A stretch of 64,000 nucleotides of DNA from Blepharisma stoltei ATCC 30299. Lineage: Eukaryota > Protista > Ciliophora. The notes beneath the pieces are model-generated. The model saw only the letters and a program-made list of their open reading frames with translations, had not been told where the DNA came from and did not search any database. The stretch lies in NCBI GenBank assembly GCA_965603825.1, contig CBFDEM010000028.1:186001-250000 (forward strand). Direction: 5' to 3'. The position numbers and the translations under genes are program-made. Positions 12,955-25,345 of the stretch are shown one piece after another (the first letter of the stretch is position 1; every line of letters starts with the position of its first letter).

Positions 12955-13974
12955 TTAGACGTCCATTATTCTTGCTAGTTTTTGGAGCCTATTCAAGATG
13001 TAATCCCCGCTCTTCACGATGGACCCATATACAGCAGATCTCGAGTCAGGCCTGTTTGATTCAATCACTCCATTAACTCTGTCAATCTTGCAAGGCAAAC
13101 GTCCTGATGAAATAAACTCACAAAGCTCTTTATCAAGAAAATCAATGCTGACTCCAAAGCTTTTTGCCATGCTTTCTAGCGTTACGCTTCTGTAGCTTTC
13201 TAAAAATTGAGAATAAGCCACAACTCTCATTTCTCTTGCCCAATATCTTTTATGCTGGCTTATATAGTTATCATTAGCCACCAAATCAATTACGTCAACA
13301 AAACTCTTGATAAATTGCTTATAATTGCATTTATACAGGGAGTCTAAAAATTGCTGAATAGTTGGCATCTCACGAATCACAGACAAGATTTCAGGAGCGT
13401 GGATTACCTTAGTTCTAATAGTTGCACGGTCAAGAGAAACCAAGGACATCAAGATTGTATATTGAATGAAATCTTGGAAAGAAATCAGCTCAGTTGATGT
13501 AAATGTTGCCAAAATGTCCAAGAAATTGTGAGCGGCTTGTTTAAAATTTCTGATCATCATGAAATAGACAGCTTCGTAAGCCTTAAACCTGTTTTTTCTT
13601 TCCCAATCTCCTCCTTCTTCAAATAATGCGGTGGCTTGTTCTATTTCTTTCTTCAGCATGTCAAGATTTTTTGTTTTGAAGCCAATGAGCGCGATCTTGA
13701 GTGTAATATCGATTTTTATGTCTGATGCGCCGGCTTTATCATACGCTATGAGATAGATATTGATCGCTCTATCAAAATTCCCTTCAGCTTGGAAATAGTC
13801 CCCAATTTCAATCAAAGTATCTCTGATATCAATATCAGAAAAATTTTGTTCAGCTTCTGAAAGACGTGTATAGAGTGCTGAAAGAGCTGAAGGCAAATCC
13901 CCTTTCTCGACTTCAGCTTTACGTAGTTCTTCCTCCTGAGTAGGGTTGGCTTGAATAGATCTTATCTTACTCAT
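12955..13974 (-). CDS. RPN7: 26S proteasome lid subunit RPN7/PSMD6
   Basis: EEGGDWERKNRFKAYE, FTSTEL, YSQFLESYRSVTLESMA..FGVS, CKIDRVNG..NRPD (PCI domain). Confidence 0.95.
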   Translation of the reverse strand: MSKIRSIQANPTQEEELRKAEVEKGDLPSALSALYTRLSEAEQNFSDIDIRDTLIEIGDYFQAEGNFDRAINIYLIAYDKAGASDIKIDITLKIALIGFKTKNLDMLKKEIEQATALFEEGGDWERKNRFKAYEAVYFMMIRNFKQAAHNFLDILATFTSTELISFQDFIQYTILMSLVSLDRATIRTKVIHAPEILSVIREMPTIQQFLDSLYKCNYKQFIKSFVDVIDLVANDNYISQHKRYWAREMRVVAYSQFLESYRSVTLESMAKSFGVSIDFLDKELCEFISSGRLPCKIDRVNGVIESNRPDSRSAVYGSIVKSGDYILNRLQKLARIMDV

Positions 13975-14202
13975 AATATGGATTATAATCAGAGGAAATG
14001 CACAATTTCATATGATAATTGCTATAAAGAGAAGGCGATATTGCCATCAGTTTTTGTTTTTAATATCTAGAGAGTCATAGCAGGATTTTTAACAGGCTGA
14101 GTTTTTTAAACTTCTAAATGCAGTAATAATTTAATATGATACTCAGAAGAAAGATCATAAAGTATATCAAGAAATTCTTACAGAAAAACTTATAATTTAA
14201 TT

Positions 14203-15117
14203 ATGCATAAATTTGCATTGATTTCAGAAGATGGAAAATTTGTGGTTTTGGCTTATCACTCTTATTTAGCAAAAATCTCTGTAGAGTTTGGCGCAGCTTT
14301 GGAGTTCTTATCATTTAATGGGCAAGCTATTGTTGATTTTATCGCGGACTCTCAAGAGTTGGTGAATAATTATAGGAATTATTACAGTGGAGCAATTTTA
14401 GCCCCTTTTGCTGGGAGAATCCCAAATGGGACTTTTACTTTTCAAGGGAACACTTATTCGTTTCCTCTAAATAATGGAGAAAACGCTATTCATGGCTATG
14501 TTGCTGATAAGCCATTTGAAGTAAAAAGTATCGGCACAACTGAAACTAGCTCACATGCGACACTTGAATGCAAAATAGAGCCTATTAATGGGTTCCCATT
14601 TACGTATAGATGTCAAGCTTCCTATGAAGTAAATGAATTAGGTCTCCATATGGAAGTTAAAATAATTAATGAAAGCGAAAACCCGATGCCTTGCTTTTTA
14701 GGCTTCCATCCATATTTTTGCCACTCAGAAAAAATTAATACATGTGTGCTTGATTTTTGGCCAAGTGAAAAATATGTAATGGTAAATGTGATACCTACAG
14801 GCGAAAAGATTCCTTATCATCACCAAAAAGGTGAAATTGGAAATGAACAATATGATGATTGTTTTATTGTAGAAAAACAAGAAGAAAATTTGACAGCGGT
14901 ATTGGCAAATCCAGTAACGAATTTGGAGACGTATATTTATGCTTCTCCTTCAATGAGCCATTTGCAGATTTATACTCCACCTCATCGAGCTTCAATTGCT
15001 ATTGAGCCACAGATGGCTCCTGCAAATGCTTTTAATTTATATCCGGATGCTTATTCGATTTTACCTGGGCAAGAGATGAGCTTTTGGTGTAAAATCAAAG
15101 CGAAGGTAACTAATTAA
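14203..15117 (+). CDS. Aldose 1-epimerase (galactose mutarotase superfamily), bacterial-like
   Basis: GAILAPFAGRI..G.F, NAIHG, FPF, GFHPYF, YDDCF, LQIYTPPHRASIAIEP..ANAFN. Confidence 0.88.
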   Translation: MHKFALISEDGKFVVLAYHSYLAKISVEFGAALEFLSFNGQAIVDFIADSQELVNNYRNYYSGAILAPFAGRIPNGTFTFQGNTYSFPLNNGENAIHGYVADKPFEVKSIGTTETSSHATLECKIEPINGFPFTYRCQASYEVNELGLHMEVKIINESENPMPCFLGFHPYFCHSEKINTCVLDFWPSEKYVMVNVIPTGEKIPYHHQKGEIGNEQYDDCFIVEKQEENLTAVLANPVTNLETYIYASPSMSHLQIYTPPHRASIAIEPQMAPANAFNLYPDAYSILPGQEMSFWCKIKAKVTN

Positions 15118-15259
15118 TTAAATTAGCAACAGATTCAGTTAAGATAATTTATTAAAATGGAGATATCTATTATGTAATTAAGGTTTTTGAAATTCGAAAT
15201 ATTTTTTAAATGCCTAAAACTATAGATGCAGTACTCTAAATAAGTAAAATATATAAAAA

Positions 15260-16324
15260 TTAATGGAATTTAAGATAAGGCTTAGAAAAAATGTGATCTT
15301 TATAGATTTTTGATAAACCTCTGGAATCATTTATGATTCTATAAGGCTCAGGGCTTACAATGCTTGAATTAGTTGATTTTCCAACACTTGATTTTAATTG
15401 GGGTTGAGGAGTCAATATTGGCAATGATTGCAACTCTTCTCCAACTAAAGTCAAAAATGTATTTTCATTGCTCCCCTCATTATTTACTGCTATCATCTTT
15501 TTGCTATTTAAATCATTTTGTATTTGCTTTAATGTATTTTTCAACTCCTTTATTTTAATTTTTTTCAATTTCACTTCTTTTTCTTTTTCACTTAATTTAT
15601 TTTTCAAAATTTCGTCTTCACTTTTAAGATTTTGCAGCCTCGCTTCTTCTTCCATTATTACTCTCTTATTTTTCATTTCATCTTGCATTATTGCTTTATT
15701 TACAATTTTTTGTTTTTTATTCAGCTCATCCAAAGCATTTTCTTCAACTTTTATTATTTTTTCTTCTTTATTTCCGATATCAAATTCTTTTATTTTTTCA
15801 TTTAAATTTACCCATTTCTCATGGAGTTCTTTTCATCTATGCTGATCCTCTATAGCTTTATTTCGAATTTCTCTATATTCGATTTTATTCGCTTTTATTT
15901 CTTCTTTAACATTTTTTGTATGAAGGGCTAATGCTTCAGGAATCGCAAGCTCTTCTAGCCTTTCTTTTTGTTTCTTTTTGAGTTCTTTAAGTAGCTCCGT
16001 TTCGTCATCAGAAATTTTAAGCTGATTTTTTAAATACTTGATTTCATTTTCAAGGTTAGGAATTTCAGCAGAATAATTTGCTGAGATTTCTGTCCTTAGA
16101 ACTGAAGCTGATCTTTTTAAATGGTTTATTTTGCTGGAAATTGATGTGAGCTGAGTATCCTTTATATCTGTTTTTATGACTTTGCGCTCAGATTCTTTAA
16201 GAATTAATGAAGCTTTGTGAAGTGTGGATTTGGCCTCGCTGAGCTCTTTTTTAAGGTGTTCATTAAGTTCTTTGTATTTTTTGATTGCAGTAGCTAAGTC
16301 TACTTGTTGTGAAACTTCTTCCAT
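15260..16324 (-). CDS. Coiled-coil protein, possibly lebercilin-like (1 TGA=Trp)
   Basis: ORFs 15833-16360 and 15260-15733 join in frame through TGA 15833. The first ATG is at 16324 (MEEVSQQ). The sequence is heptad-rich. Confidence 0.65.
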
Positions 16325-16446
16325 TTGTGAAAAGATATTCAAAAGTAAAATTATAAACAATAAAATTAATAGGAAACTGTTTCAGTATTTATAAATAATT
16401 ATTTATTAAGCATATTTTAATATTTTTCGGATTATTTATACACATA

Positions 16447-18000
16447 TTACTTTGACAAATTCAGTCGTAAGCTATCTTTTGAGCTAAATTTAAAAGTTTT
16501 CGTGTTTTGGACACTGGTAATAATATCTCTTTGCTCTTTCATTACCAAAACCATATACTTATCTACACATTCAATTCCAATTATGGCTGACAGTAGTTCT
16601 TTCAAAGTTGTCCTGTATCGAGATTCGTAGTTATTTACGCTGCATTCATGCGTCAATCTTTTTATTTCCACTTCTTGCACTTTCTGATACTCTTCTTTTA
16701 ATTTTGAAATATTCTGTTGAAGGATTAGCACTTCGCCAAAATTTGTGGTCGAGTTAAGACTTTTGGTTGAAACCAGGCCAGAATCATAATTTTCTCAAAT
16801 GATGTTAACTTGTCTGGTTTTCCTGTCAACTTTATATTCAGGTTTTTTGATTCGGATATTTTGGGTTATTTTTGCCAGACGATCTTTTACATTATTTCAT
16901 CTATCATTTGAAGAAGCCCTCTGAAGGGTTATTCTTTTTCCAGTATAATTAATCAATGACTCTAACAAATTATCGATTTCTTGGCTCTTTTCAGCTTGCT
17001 GAATGACAAATTTAACAGCTGCTTCATCTAGAAATGCAGGAAAGTTTTCAATTGATAATTTACATTGCAATTTTCAAAGAATTTTGACTATTCATTGCAG
17101 CCCTTCACTTCTAGTATCTTTTCCTTCTCTCAAAAGATCAGAATAATGCTTTATCTGCTCATTTTTAATTTGCAATAATTTTCTTCTTAAATCAGTCGAT
17201 TGTTCATCTAAATCAGTCAGCCATTTCATTCTTTTCGAAATTTCTACAGTTATTGATTCCAAAATAACAGTGGTTTCTGATTCTCTTCTAATTGTGTCTT
17301 CTCTTAAATTTTGCTTTTTTGACAAAAACTGTGCCATTTCCATCTGTCTTCTTCTCATTTTCATTTTTTCTTTTTTCTCGGCTTCAGCGATTTCTTTTTT
17401 CCAATTTTTCAGATCTTCCATGGCTGTTTTCATTTCTTCTCGCATTTCTGAACATTCTTTTCTATAAGTTTCTCTTTTTTCGTTACATGTTTTCAGCTGA
17501 TTATCAAGGTCATTGCAAAGATGATCAAGCTCTTCTTCATAGCTCCTGTAATATTTGCATCTTTCTTTAAACTGTTCTTCTTCAACTCTTTTACTCTGTC
17601 TAAATTCGTGCAGATTTGAGGTTTGCTGCGTGGTTGGTCTGCTTTGGACTGGATCTTTTCCCCGTCTTGCGCATAATTGTAACTCCACAACGTCGCTATG
17701 ATCGAGCTTTCTTTTTAAACTTTCTTGTGCCTCTACTAGAGACAGTAAATAATTATCGCCTTTTCGAGAGTATTCTCATTGGTCTAGGTTAGCTACAGCA
17801 TTTTTTTCAAGCTTGTCTACTTTTGCAAACCCTAAATGTCTTCGTGAAGGGGAGAAAAGCGCAAGCCTTGCAGAGATTTTTTCAACATTAAATTTTGAAT
17901 TAAAGCTTGTAAAGTTGGCGTCTAAAAAGTTTTCTGATTTTCAGTTGACAGTGGATTTAGGAGAGTTCACTGTTTGAGCACGAGGTGACAATTTGTCCAT
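16447..18000 (-). CDS. Hypothetical coiled-coil protein, 517 aa (6 TGA=Trp)
   Basis: One frame from ATG 18000 to TAA 16447, interrupted only by TGAs. Contains GKDTRSEGLQ[W]IVKIL[W]..FPAFLDE. Confidence 0.7.
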
Positions 18001-18192
18001 TTTTTATTAAAATTATAAATAGCAAGAAACAGATTTCGGATATTTCAATATTTTAAATCCAAAAAGAGGCCTTTAGAAGCTTATTCACAAAATATTGCCT
18101 ATTTAATAAATTATTATTTAAAAATCAGAAAATAATTTATTATTCAAGAATATTTCCTGACATTAATTAGCAAAGGAACGTAAATTTATTAA

Positions 18193-20169
18193 ATGGAGAG
18201 AATCATCAATGGTGAGAGGCTTGAAATAATCCCATTGGGATCAGGAAATGAAGTGGGCCGCTCCTGCATTGTTCTCAAATTCAGAGGCAAAACAGTGATG
18301 TTTGATTGTGGAATTCACCCAGGTCTTTCAGGATTGAATGCATTGCCAGGATTTGATGATATTGATTTAGAGACTGTAGACATTCTCTTAGTTACTCATT
18401 TTCACCTTGACCATTCAGGTGCTCTTCCTTATTTTTTGACCAAAACAATCTTCAAAGGGACCACATATATGACACATCCTACCAAAGCAATCCTAAAATT
18501 ACTATTTTCTGACTATGTAAAAGTCAGTAATATAGGGACTGATGCAGAAAAACTGTACACACCTCAAGATCTCAATGCAGCTCTTGAAAAAGTCAAACTT
18601 ATCGATTATCATCAAGAACTTGATATAGGTGGAATCAACTTTTGGTGCTATAATGCTGGGCATGTCCTTGGGGCTGCTATGTTTATGGTTGAAATAGCTG
18701 GTGTCAGAGTTCTTTATACAGGAGATTATAGCTGTGAAGAAGATCGGCACTTACAGCCAGCAAAAGTCCCTGATATGTCAGTCGATATTTTAATCGTAGA
18801 AAGCACATATGGTGTACAAGTTCATGAGCCACGGCCGGATAGAGAAAGACTTTTCACAACTACTGTTCATAATATTGTTGCTGGTGGCGGCAGATGTCTT
18901 TTACCAGTTTTCGCATTAGGCAGAGCTCAAGAACTATTGTTAATTTTAGACGAATATTGGTCTAACCATGAAGATATCCAAAATATTCCAATTTACTACG
19001 CAAGCTCCTTAGCAAAAAAATGCATGTCAGTTTTTCAAACTTATATTAACATGATGGGAGAAAGCGTCAGAAGAGAATTCGAGCAAGGCCACAACCCTTT
19101 TATTTTCAAGCACATTTCAAACCTTAAAAGCATGGACTATTTCGATGATGATACCCCTAGCGTCGTTATGGCTTCTCCTGGTATGCTCCAAAACGGTCAG
19201 AGTCGAGACCTTTTTGAAAGATGGTGCACATATCCTCAAAATGGGCTTGTTTTAACTGGATACTGTGTCGAAAACACTCTGGCAAAAGAATTATTGAGCA
19301 ACCCAAGAGATATCATATCTACAGATGGCTCAATAAAGCAGCTCAATATGAGCGTAAACTATATAAGTTTTTCAGCACATGCGGATTTTGCACAAACTTC
19401 CAATTTCATTGAAAACTTGAAGCCTTCTTATGTAGTGCTGGTTCATGGTGACTCAAATGAAATGTCAAGGCTAAAAAACGCATTAGAAAGAAGATTCACT
19501 ATGAAAATTGTGGCCCCAGTAAACCACCAAACTGTTGAATTTACTTTCCCAGTAAAAATCAATGCAAAAATCCTTAAGCAAGACGATTTTCCAGAAGAAG
19601 GAATTATAGTTAGAAAAGAGCCAGAACATATGATTATGCCTGTGGATTCTTTAACAAATTATACTTCAATCACAATGAATAAATTTTACCAAAAAATGCA
19701 CGTGCCTTATAAGCAGTCTTTAAGGATTCTCCAATACCTTATAAAGTGCTTATTCCCTCAAGTAGTTTCGATAAAGGAAGAAAATATTTGCAAATTGAGT
19801 GTAGGAGAAGTTAAGGTAACTCCTGAAACAACGGGCCAGATTTTACTTGAATGGATTGCTGGGCCAATAAATGATATGATTGCTGACACAATTGCTTTAA
19901 TGATTTTGCAGGTAACTTCAAACCCAAATACAGCACTTTTACAAGCTATGAATGAAATGGAGCTTGATGATAAAAAATTCAAATTTTTAATAGGGCTATT
20001 ACAGAAAAGGTTTAGCCATGTATCTGTAGATGCAGAACAAAGGATTGTGGAAGTCAAAAAAGGAGAAAATAAAGTATGGGTCCATTTCGATAATCAGACT
20101 GTTGATGGAGATAGCGAGATCCTGAAAGGTTGCGTAGAAGAGATTATGAGGAATGTAATCAATATATAA
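18193..20169 (+). CDS. CPSF3: Cleavage and polyadenylation endonuclease CPSF73/YSH1
   Basis: PLGSGNEVGRSC, THFHLDH, AGHVLGAAMF, YTGDYS, ESTYG, FALGRAQEL, ISFSAHADF, LVHG (MBL/beta-CASP). Confidence 0.97.
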   Translation: MERIINGERLEIIPLGSGNEVGRSCIVLKFRGKTVMFDCGIHPGLSGLNALPGFDDIDLETVDILLVTHFHLDHSGALPYFLTKTIFKGTTYMTHPTKAILKLLFSDYVKVSNIGTDAEKLYTPQDLNAALEKVKLIDYHQELDIGGINFWCYNAGHVLGAAMFMVEIAGVRVLYTGDYSCEEDRHLQPAKVPDMSVDILIVESTYGVQVHEPRPDRERLFTTTVHNIVAGGGRCLLPVFALGRAQELLLILDEYWSNHEDIQNIPIYYASSLAKKCMSVFQTYINMMGESVRREFEQGHNPFIFKHISNLKSMDYFDDDTPSVVMASPGMLQNGQSRDLFERWCTYPQNGLVLTGYCVENTLAKELLSNPRDIISTDGSIKQLNMSVNYISFSAHADFAQTSNFIENLKPSYVVLVHGDSNEMSRLKNALERRFTMKIVAPVNHQTVEFTFPVKINAKILKQDDFPEEGIIVRKEPEHMIMPVDSLTNYTSITMNKFYQKMHVPYKQSLRILQYLIKCLFPQVVSIKEENICKLSVGEVKVTPETTGQILLEWIAGPINDMIADTIALMILQVTSNPNTALLQAMNEMELDDKKFKFLIGLLQKRFSHVSVDAEQRIVEVKKGENKVWVHFDNQTVDGDSEILKGCVEEIMRNVINI

Positions 20170-20249
20170 CCAAACTTATTTTAATATACTAGGGAATTAA
20201 TTATAATTTATAGAGAGAAAATTAAAGACTTCATCTATTTAAATATAAT

Positions 20250-22352
20250 ATGGAGCCAACCATTGTGACTGTCACAACACTGAATAATTGGGTCCTGGAT
20301 TTTGCAGGCAACCAAAGACGCATCATTGAGTCAATAAAAATATCAAAAGACGTCCATAAGGCAAAAGTGCGCATTGGGAGTGAGCTGGAAATTCCAGGTT
20401 ACAGCTGTGAAGACCATTTCTTAGAGCCAGACACCTTTTTCCACTCTTGGGAAGTCCTAGCTGAAGTATTGAAGCTCACAAAGACTGAGCCTTATAACGA
20501 TATTTTATGCTTGGTAGGAATGTGTATAAACCACCACGGCGTTCTTTATAACTGTGGAGTTTTCGTCTATAATGGAACAGTCATTCTGATCAAGCCTAAG
20601 CTTATTTTGGCTGATGATGGGAATTATAGAGAAAGCAGATGGTTTACCCCATGGTCTGGTGGCACTATGGTTATGGATTTCACGCTCCCACGGTGTATTT
20701 CTGAGCTTTACGGACAAAGGAAGTCAAAATTCGGCAATGCTATGCTAAGGACTGAAGAAGGCTATATAATTGGCACTGAATGCTGTGAAGAATTGTGGGC
20801 TCCAATTCCTTCCTCAACTTCTTTATTTTTACAAGGCGCACATGTCGTTTTTAACCAATCTGGCTCGCATTTCAGCTTAAGAAAACTAGAAAAAAGAATC
20901 GACCTTATAAAATCAGCCACAAATAAAACAGGTGGAATTTACTTGTATGCTAATAATAGAGGTTGTGATGGGAATCGTATGTATTTTGATGGATCCTCTA
21001 TGATTTGTGTAAATGGGAGAATTGTGGCAAGCTCAAACCAATTTAATTTGAAAGATATTGACGTTTTAAGTGCAGCTGTTGATTTGTCAAGCATTGAGAC
21101 GTTTAGAAGTCCTGCAAATGCAAGAGCCATGCAAGCAACTGAGTCAGTAAAACTAAGCTACCCAATTATTGATATAACTGGATTTTACTTGCTCTGCCCA
21201 TCAGTTCCTTGTATAACTCAGCCAATTAATGAGCCTGGACTCAGCATTGAAGAACAAATAGCAGGCGCCCCAGCTTGCTGACTATGGGATTACTTGCGTA
21301 GGTCAGGGGCTAAAGGATTTTTTTTGCCTCTTTCAGGAGGTGCTGATTCTGCTTCAACATTAGCTCTTATTGGATGCATGTGCAAGCTTGTATATGATAG
21401 CTTAAAATCAGAAACAGGCTATAATAAAGAAGTAATAGAAAGCGATTTAAGGAAACTTATAGGAAGGCTGCCTGAAAGTCCGAGAGATTTGGCAAGCGAA
21501 ATAATGCATAGTGCTTATCTTGGCACTGTTAATAGCTCAGAAGAAACTAAAAGCAGATCAAGGAGAGCTGCGGAAGAAATTGGATCAAGACATTATGAAG
21601 TCGTCATTGATAAAATTGTAGAAAGCTTTATAGGACTGTTTACTAGGCTTTCTAAAAGTAAAAGACCGGAATTTAAAGCAAATGGAGGGACGTGGATTGA
21701 AGATTTGGCTCTGCAAAATATACAAGCAAGAAGTAGAATGATTGCTGCTTATTTGATGGGACAGTTGCTACCGTGGCATCAAAATAAGCCTGGATATTAT
21801 TTGATACTAGGAAGTGGGAATCTAGAAGAAGGGCTTACGGGGTATATGACAAAATATGATAATTCAAGTGCAGATCTGAACCCTATTGGAGGAATTTCAA
21901 AAGTTGACTTAAAAAGATTTCTGATTTGGGCTAGTGATAAATTGAATGCCCCAGCTCTTAGTGAAATAGCTTTTGCAGTGCCCACTGCTGAGCTAACACC
22001 TTTAAAAGAAGGACAAATCTGCCAAACTGATGAAGCTGAGCTTGGGCTGACTTATCCTGAGATGTCAGCTTTGGCAAGGCTTAGAAAAGTTGACCATCTT
22101 GGTCCACTTTATACTTATAAAAAATTGTTGTCTGAGTGGAGACATTTAAGTAAGCTTGAAATTGCTACTAAAGTGAAAAGGTTTTATACATTATATGGGA
22201 AAAATAGACATAAGATGGCAACGATTACACCATCTTTGCATGTAGAGTCTTATTCAGCAGATGATAATAGATATGATATTAGACCACTATTTTATAACTT
22301 CCAATGGGAAATGCAGTTCCAGCAAATAGATGAAGATAGCCAAAGTAATTAA
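20250..22352 (+). CDS. NADSYN1: Glutamine-dependent NAD+ synthetase (1 TGA=Trp)
   Basis: Nitrilase domain (GSELEIPGYSCEDHF, GNYRESRWF, CEELW) joined through TGA 21279 (PAC[W]LWDYLRRS) to the synthetase domain (LSGGADS, LQNIQARSRM, TKYD.SSADLNPIG, PTAEL). Confidence 0.97.
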
Positions 22353-22613
22353 TAAAGCTAGATTTAGAGCTAATTATAATAGATCATAAAGTTTAGATGT
22401 AAAATTAACCATTTTATTAATCACATTTTCTGTTCTTATCTATTTTAAATAATCAAGTGAAGTAAAAGTAGTTTCAAAAAAGGACGATTATGATAAAGTT
22501 TAAATCATTAACTATTGAATAAAATCAAGTTTTTAGTACTAAAAGTAAATTTTTTAAAAACCTACTTATTGCAGTTATAAACTGAACTACCATTAGATTA
22601 TATAATTTTCATA

Positions 22614-22862
22614 ATGGAGATTGATCTTCTGCATCCTTCAGCATCAGATCAAAAGATTTGCCATAAGAAAAAGAGACTTGTTCAGAGTCCAGATAGCTAT
22701 TTTATGGACATAAAGTGCCCGACTTGTAAAAATGTGACTACAGGGTTCAGTCACAGCCAGAATGTTATTTCATGCCAAGGATGTCAGTTTGTACTTGCCC
22801 GACCTGCTGGCGGAAAATGCCAACTAACTGTAGGCTGCTCGTTTAGAGTTAAAGCTGATTAA
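22614..22862 (+). CDS. RPS27: 40S ribosomal protein eS27
   Basis: [43 protein letters not shown]. Confidence 0.96.
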   Translation: MEIDLLHPSASDQKICHKKKRLVQSPDSYFMDIKCPTCKNVTTGFSHSQNVISCQGCQFVLARPAGGKCQLTVGCSFRVKAD

Positions 22863-23115
22863 AATAATTAATCTTTGGTAATCAAATTATTCCTACAATG
22901 TTTTAAGATAATATTGAATCTTTCCTATTTCTCAGAAATCGTCAGACTGATTTATAAATAATTTTATTTGACTTAAACCCTTAAATTATGTAGTTTATTT
23001 AGATATGTAAATTATCAATTTAATATGAGATAATCCTAAAAAAATGCATCAAAAAGGTAAATTGCCCTAAAAAAACAAAGATTTATAATTTAAATTTTCT
23101 TATTTACATATCTTT

Positions 23116-24714
23116 TTATTTCACCGTTACAGTTCTTCTATATAACGGAACTCTAGAAAGTTTTCTAACCCCTGCACCTTTTATTCATTCATGTTGTAGC
23201 CCTAATTCAGCTGTTATCCTTTCATCTGGATCCCATTCAAGGCATTTTTGTACAAAATCAACAAACTTTGAGTCAAGTCCTCCGAGTTGTTCAGATAATA
23301 ATTTTGTACTTGGGAAATTAAAACGTTTTTCTGTGTAAATTGGCTCATCATTGTTATCAAAATATGAAAGTCTTTTTCTGGATTTTGACAATAAGCTTTC
23401 AGATGGTTTTCCTTTAGCTGTAACCATTCGTAAAATTAATTCGTGCTGGTTTTCAGCTGGAAATAGAGGCCTTCCTAATGCTAGCTCAGCTAGAATGCAG
23501 CCAAGTGACCACATATCGATTTGAGTGTTATATCCAGCCCCTAAAACGACTTCTGGTGCTCTATAAAATCTACTTTGCAAATAAGTGTATAAGCGTTCTC
23601 CAATTTTACAAATTGAGCCGAAATCAATGATTTTTATGCTTGATTTGTTTTCTTGTCTTAGAAGGATATTTTCTGGTTTTAAGTCGCCATGGATTATTCC
23701 TTTGGAGTGGATATACTTTAAACCGATTAAAATTTGTGTTGCAAAGCGTTTAATTAATGACATTTCGATGCCTTTTGATTCTTTTTTGCTTAATAATTCA
23801 TATAAATTCAAACTTAGTAACTCAAAAACTAGGCATAAGTGTCCTCTAAAATAGAATTTTTTCTTTTTTCTAACAATACACATAGAGTCATCTGGGTCTT
23901 CATTTTCAAGTGTATTTAGAACACTATCTTCAATTTCTCCTGACTCTTTATACTCCTTTGAGTTTTTAATTATTTTTATTGCTACTTTTTCATTTTTTTT
24001 GTGGTCTATGCACTTGAGCACTACCCCAAAAGTTCCTTTTCCAAGCTCGCTTAGGATTTCATATCTATAAGCTAGATGATCTCCGATAAGAGGGATAAAC
24101 ATTCCTTCACGGTCCTCAAATTTGATGTTTTCTTTATCAAATATAGCACTTAAGAAATAGACTTGGCTATATTTTAAAATTTCTTCTTTTTCAAGGGTTG
24201 ATAAAACTGCACTGTATGACTCTAAAGCTTGCTGTGAGGAAATCGGAAACACTTTTGAGTTATATGAATGGTCCGTTGTAAAAGACAAGCATCTTGTAGG
24301 AGAAGCACTTGATGTTCTTGATGGTGGTAAGCCGTGCTGAGCATTTCTTGACATCCCACGATTAATTCGCTTAGGCGCGGTTGGGGTATTTGGATCTGTG
24401 TATTTTGGGTTTAATTTTGGTGTTTCAAGCAGGTGATGCTTTAATGCTGCACTTAGTTGATTGTGAATAGAAAGGCTTTGAGTAGGAGGAACGGGAGATA
24501 TCGTTGATGAGGTACTGCCAGATACTGCCTGGTCATTATTTAAGTTATCCGATTCCTCTTGATCGATTATAGGCTCTAAAATAGTTTCTTTAATAGGAGA
24601 CAGGACAACCGGCAAATCAACGTGGTGTCTCGAAAACGTATGATGCGATATCGGTGAATCTTTAGGGCTCAAGGGAACTCTGATTTTTCCTGGGAAAGTT
24701 CTTTGAGGTCTCAT
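23116..24714 (-). CDS. DYRK-family (class 2-like) dual-specificity kinase (1 TGA=Trp)
   Basis: DHLAYRYEI..LGKGTFG, VAIKII, HGDLKPEN, IDFGS, YTYLQSRFYRAPE. The ORF-track stop at 23185 falls at LQHE[W]; reading continues to TAA 23116-23118. Confidence 0.92.
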
Positions 24715-25345
24715 GGTAATAATTTAATTATTATTGTAATTTAATAGACAAATAATTAAGAATATATATATTATGAATAAGGCGGAAAATTATATATAAC
24801 TCTTTAGTTTCGATTTTATTCATTTGCATTAAGTTGATGACTTGTATTGTTTTGCATCTTTTTTTAGCTTGCATTTTTAAAGGTTATGGATCAGTTAAAC
24901 TATTTATTTTAAAATTTAATATTTTTTATGTGGAATAATGTTTTGATTACTGGATTTATGATTATAATTATTAATATTTATTTAAATATTTTCCCTTCAT
25001 AAGCTTTAATAGATAAGTTTAAATAATATCGTTAAATATTGCTTAAATCAATTAATTATATAGTGTTTATATATTGCGGCTATCATTTTTGCATTATTTT
25101 GTTTTCTATATTCTACGATTCATTGATTGAATTTAGAAAATTTGTTTACTTTAAATAAAAATGCTGGTAATTATTTGTAAAGACTGATGAAATCAAAATT
25201 TTAAAAAATTTTTTTTGCATCTAAATTAAAATTTTATATAAACTTGGAATATGCAATTTTTTATGCTTATTTATTGTGCTTAATAAGATAGTTGGCCAAA
25301 ACAAAATTCCAGCAATAATCAATACTTATAATTTAAAATTTTAAA

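Noticed and set aside
24715-25345. Longest AT-rich spacer, considered as a retained IES or transposon remnant
   Set aside because: I could identify no terminal inverted repeats, coding remnant or disrupted gene. Germline versus somatic read comparison would be needed.
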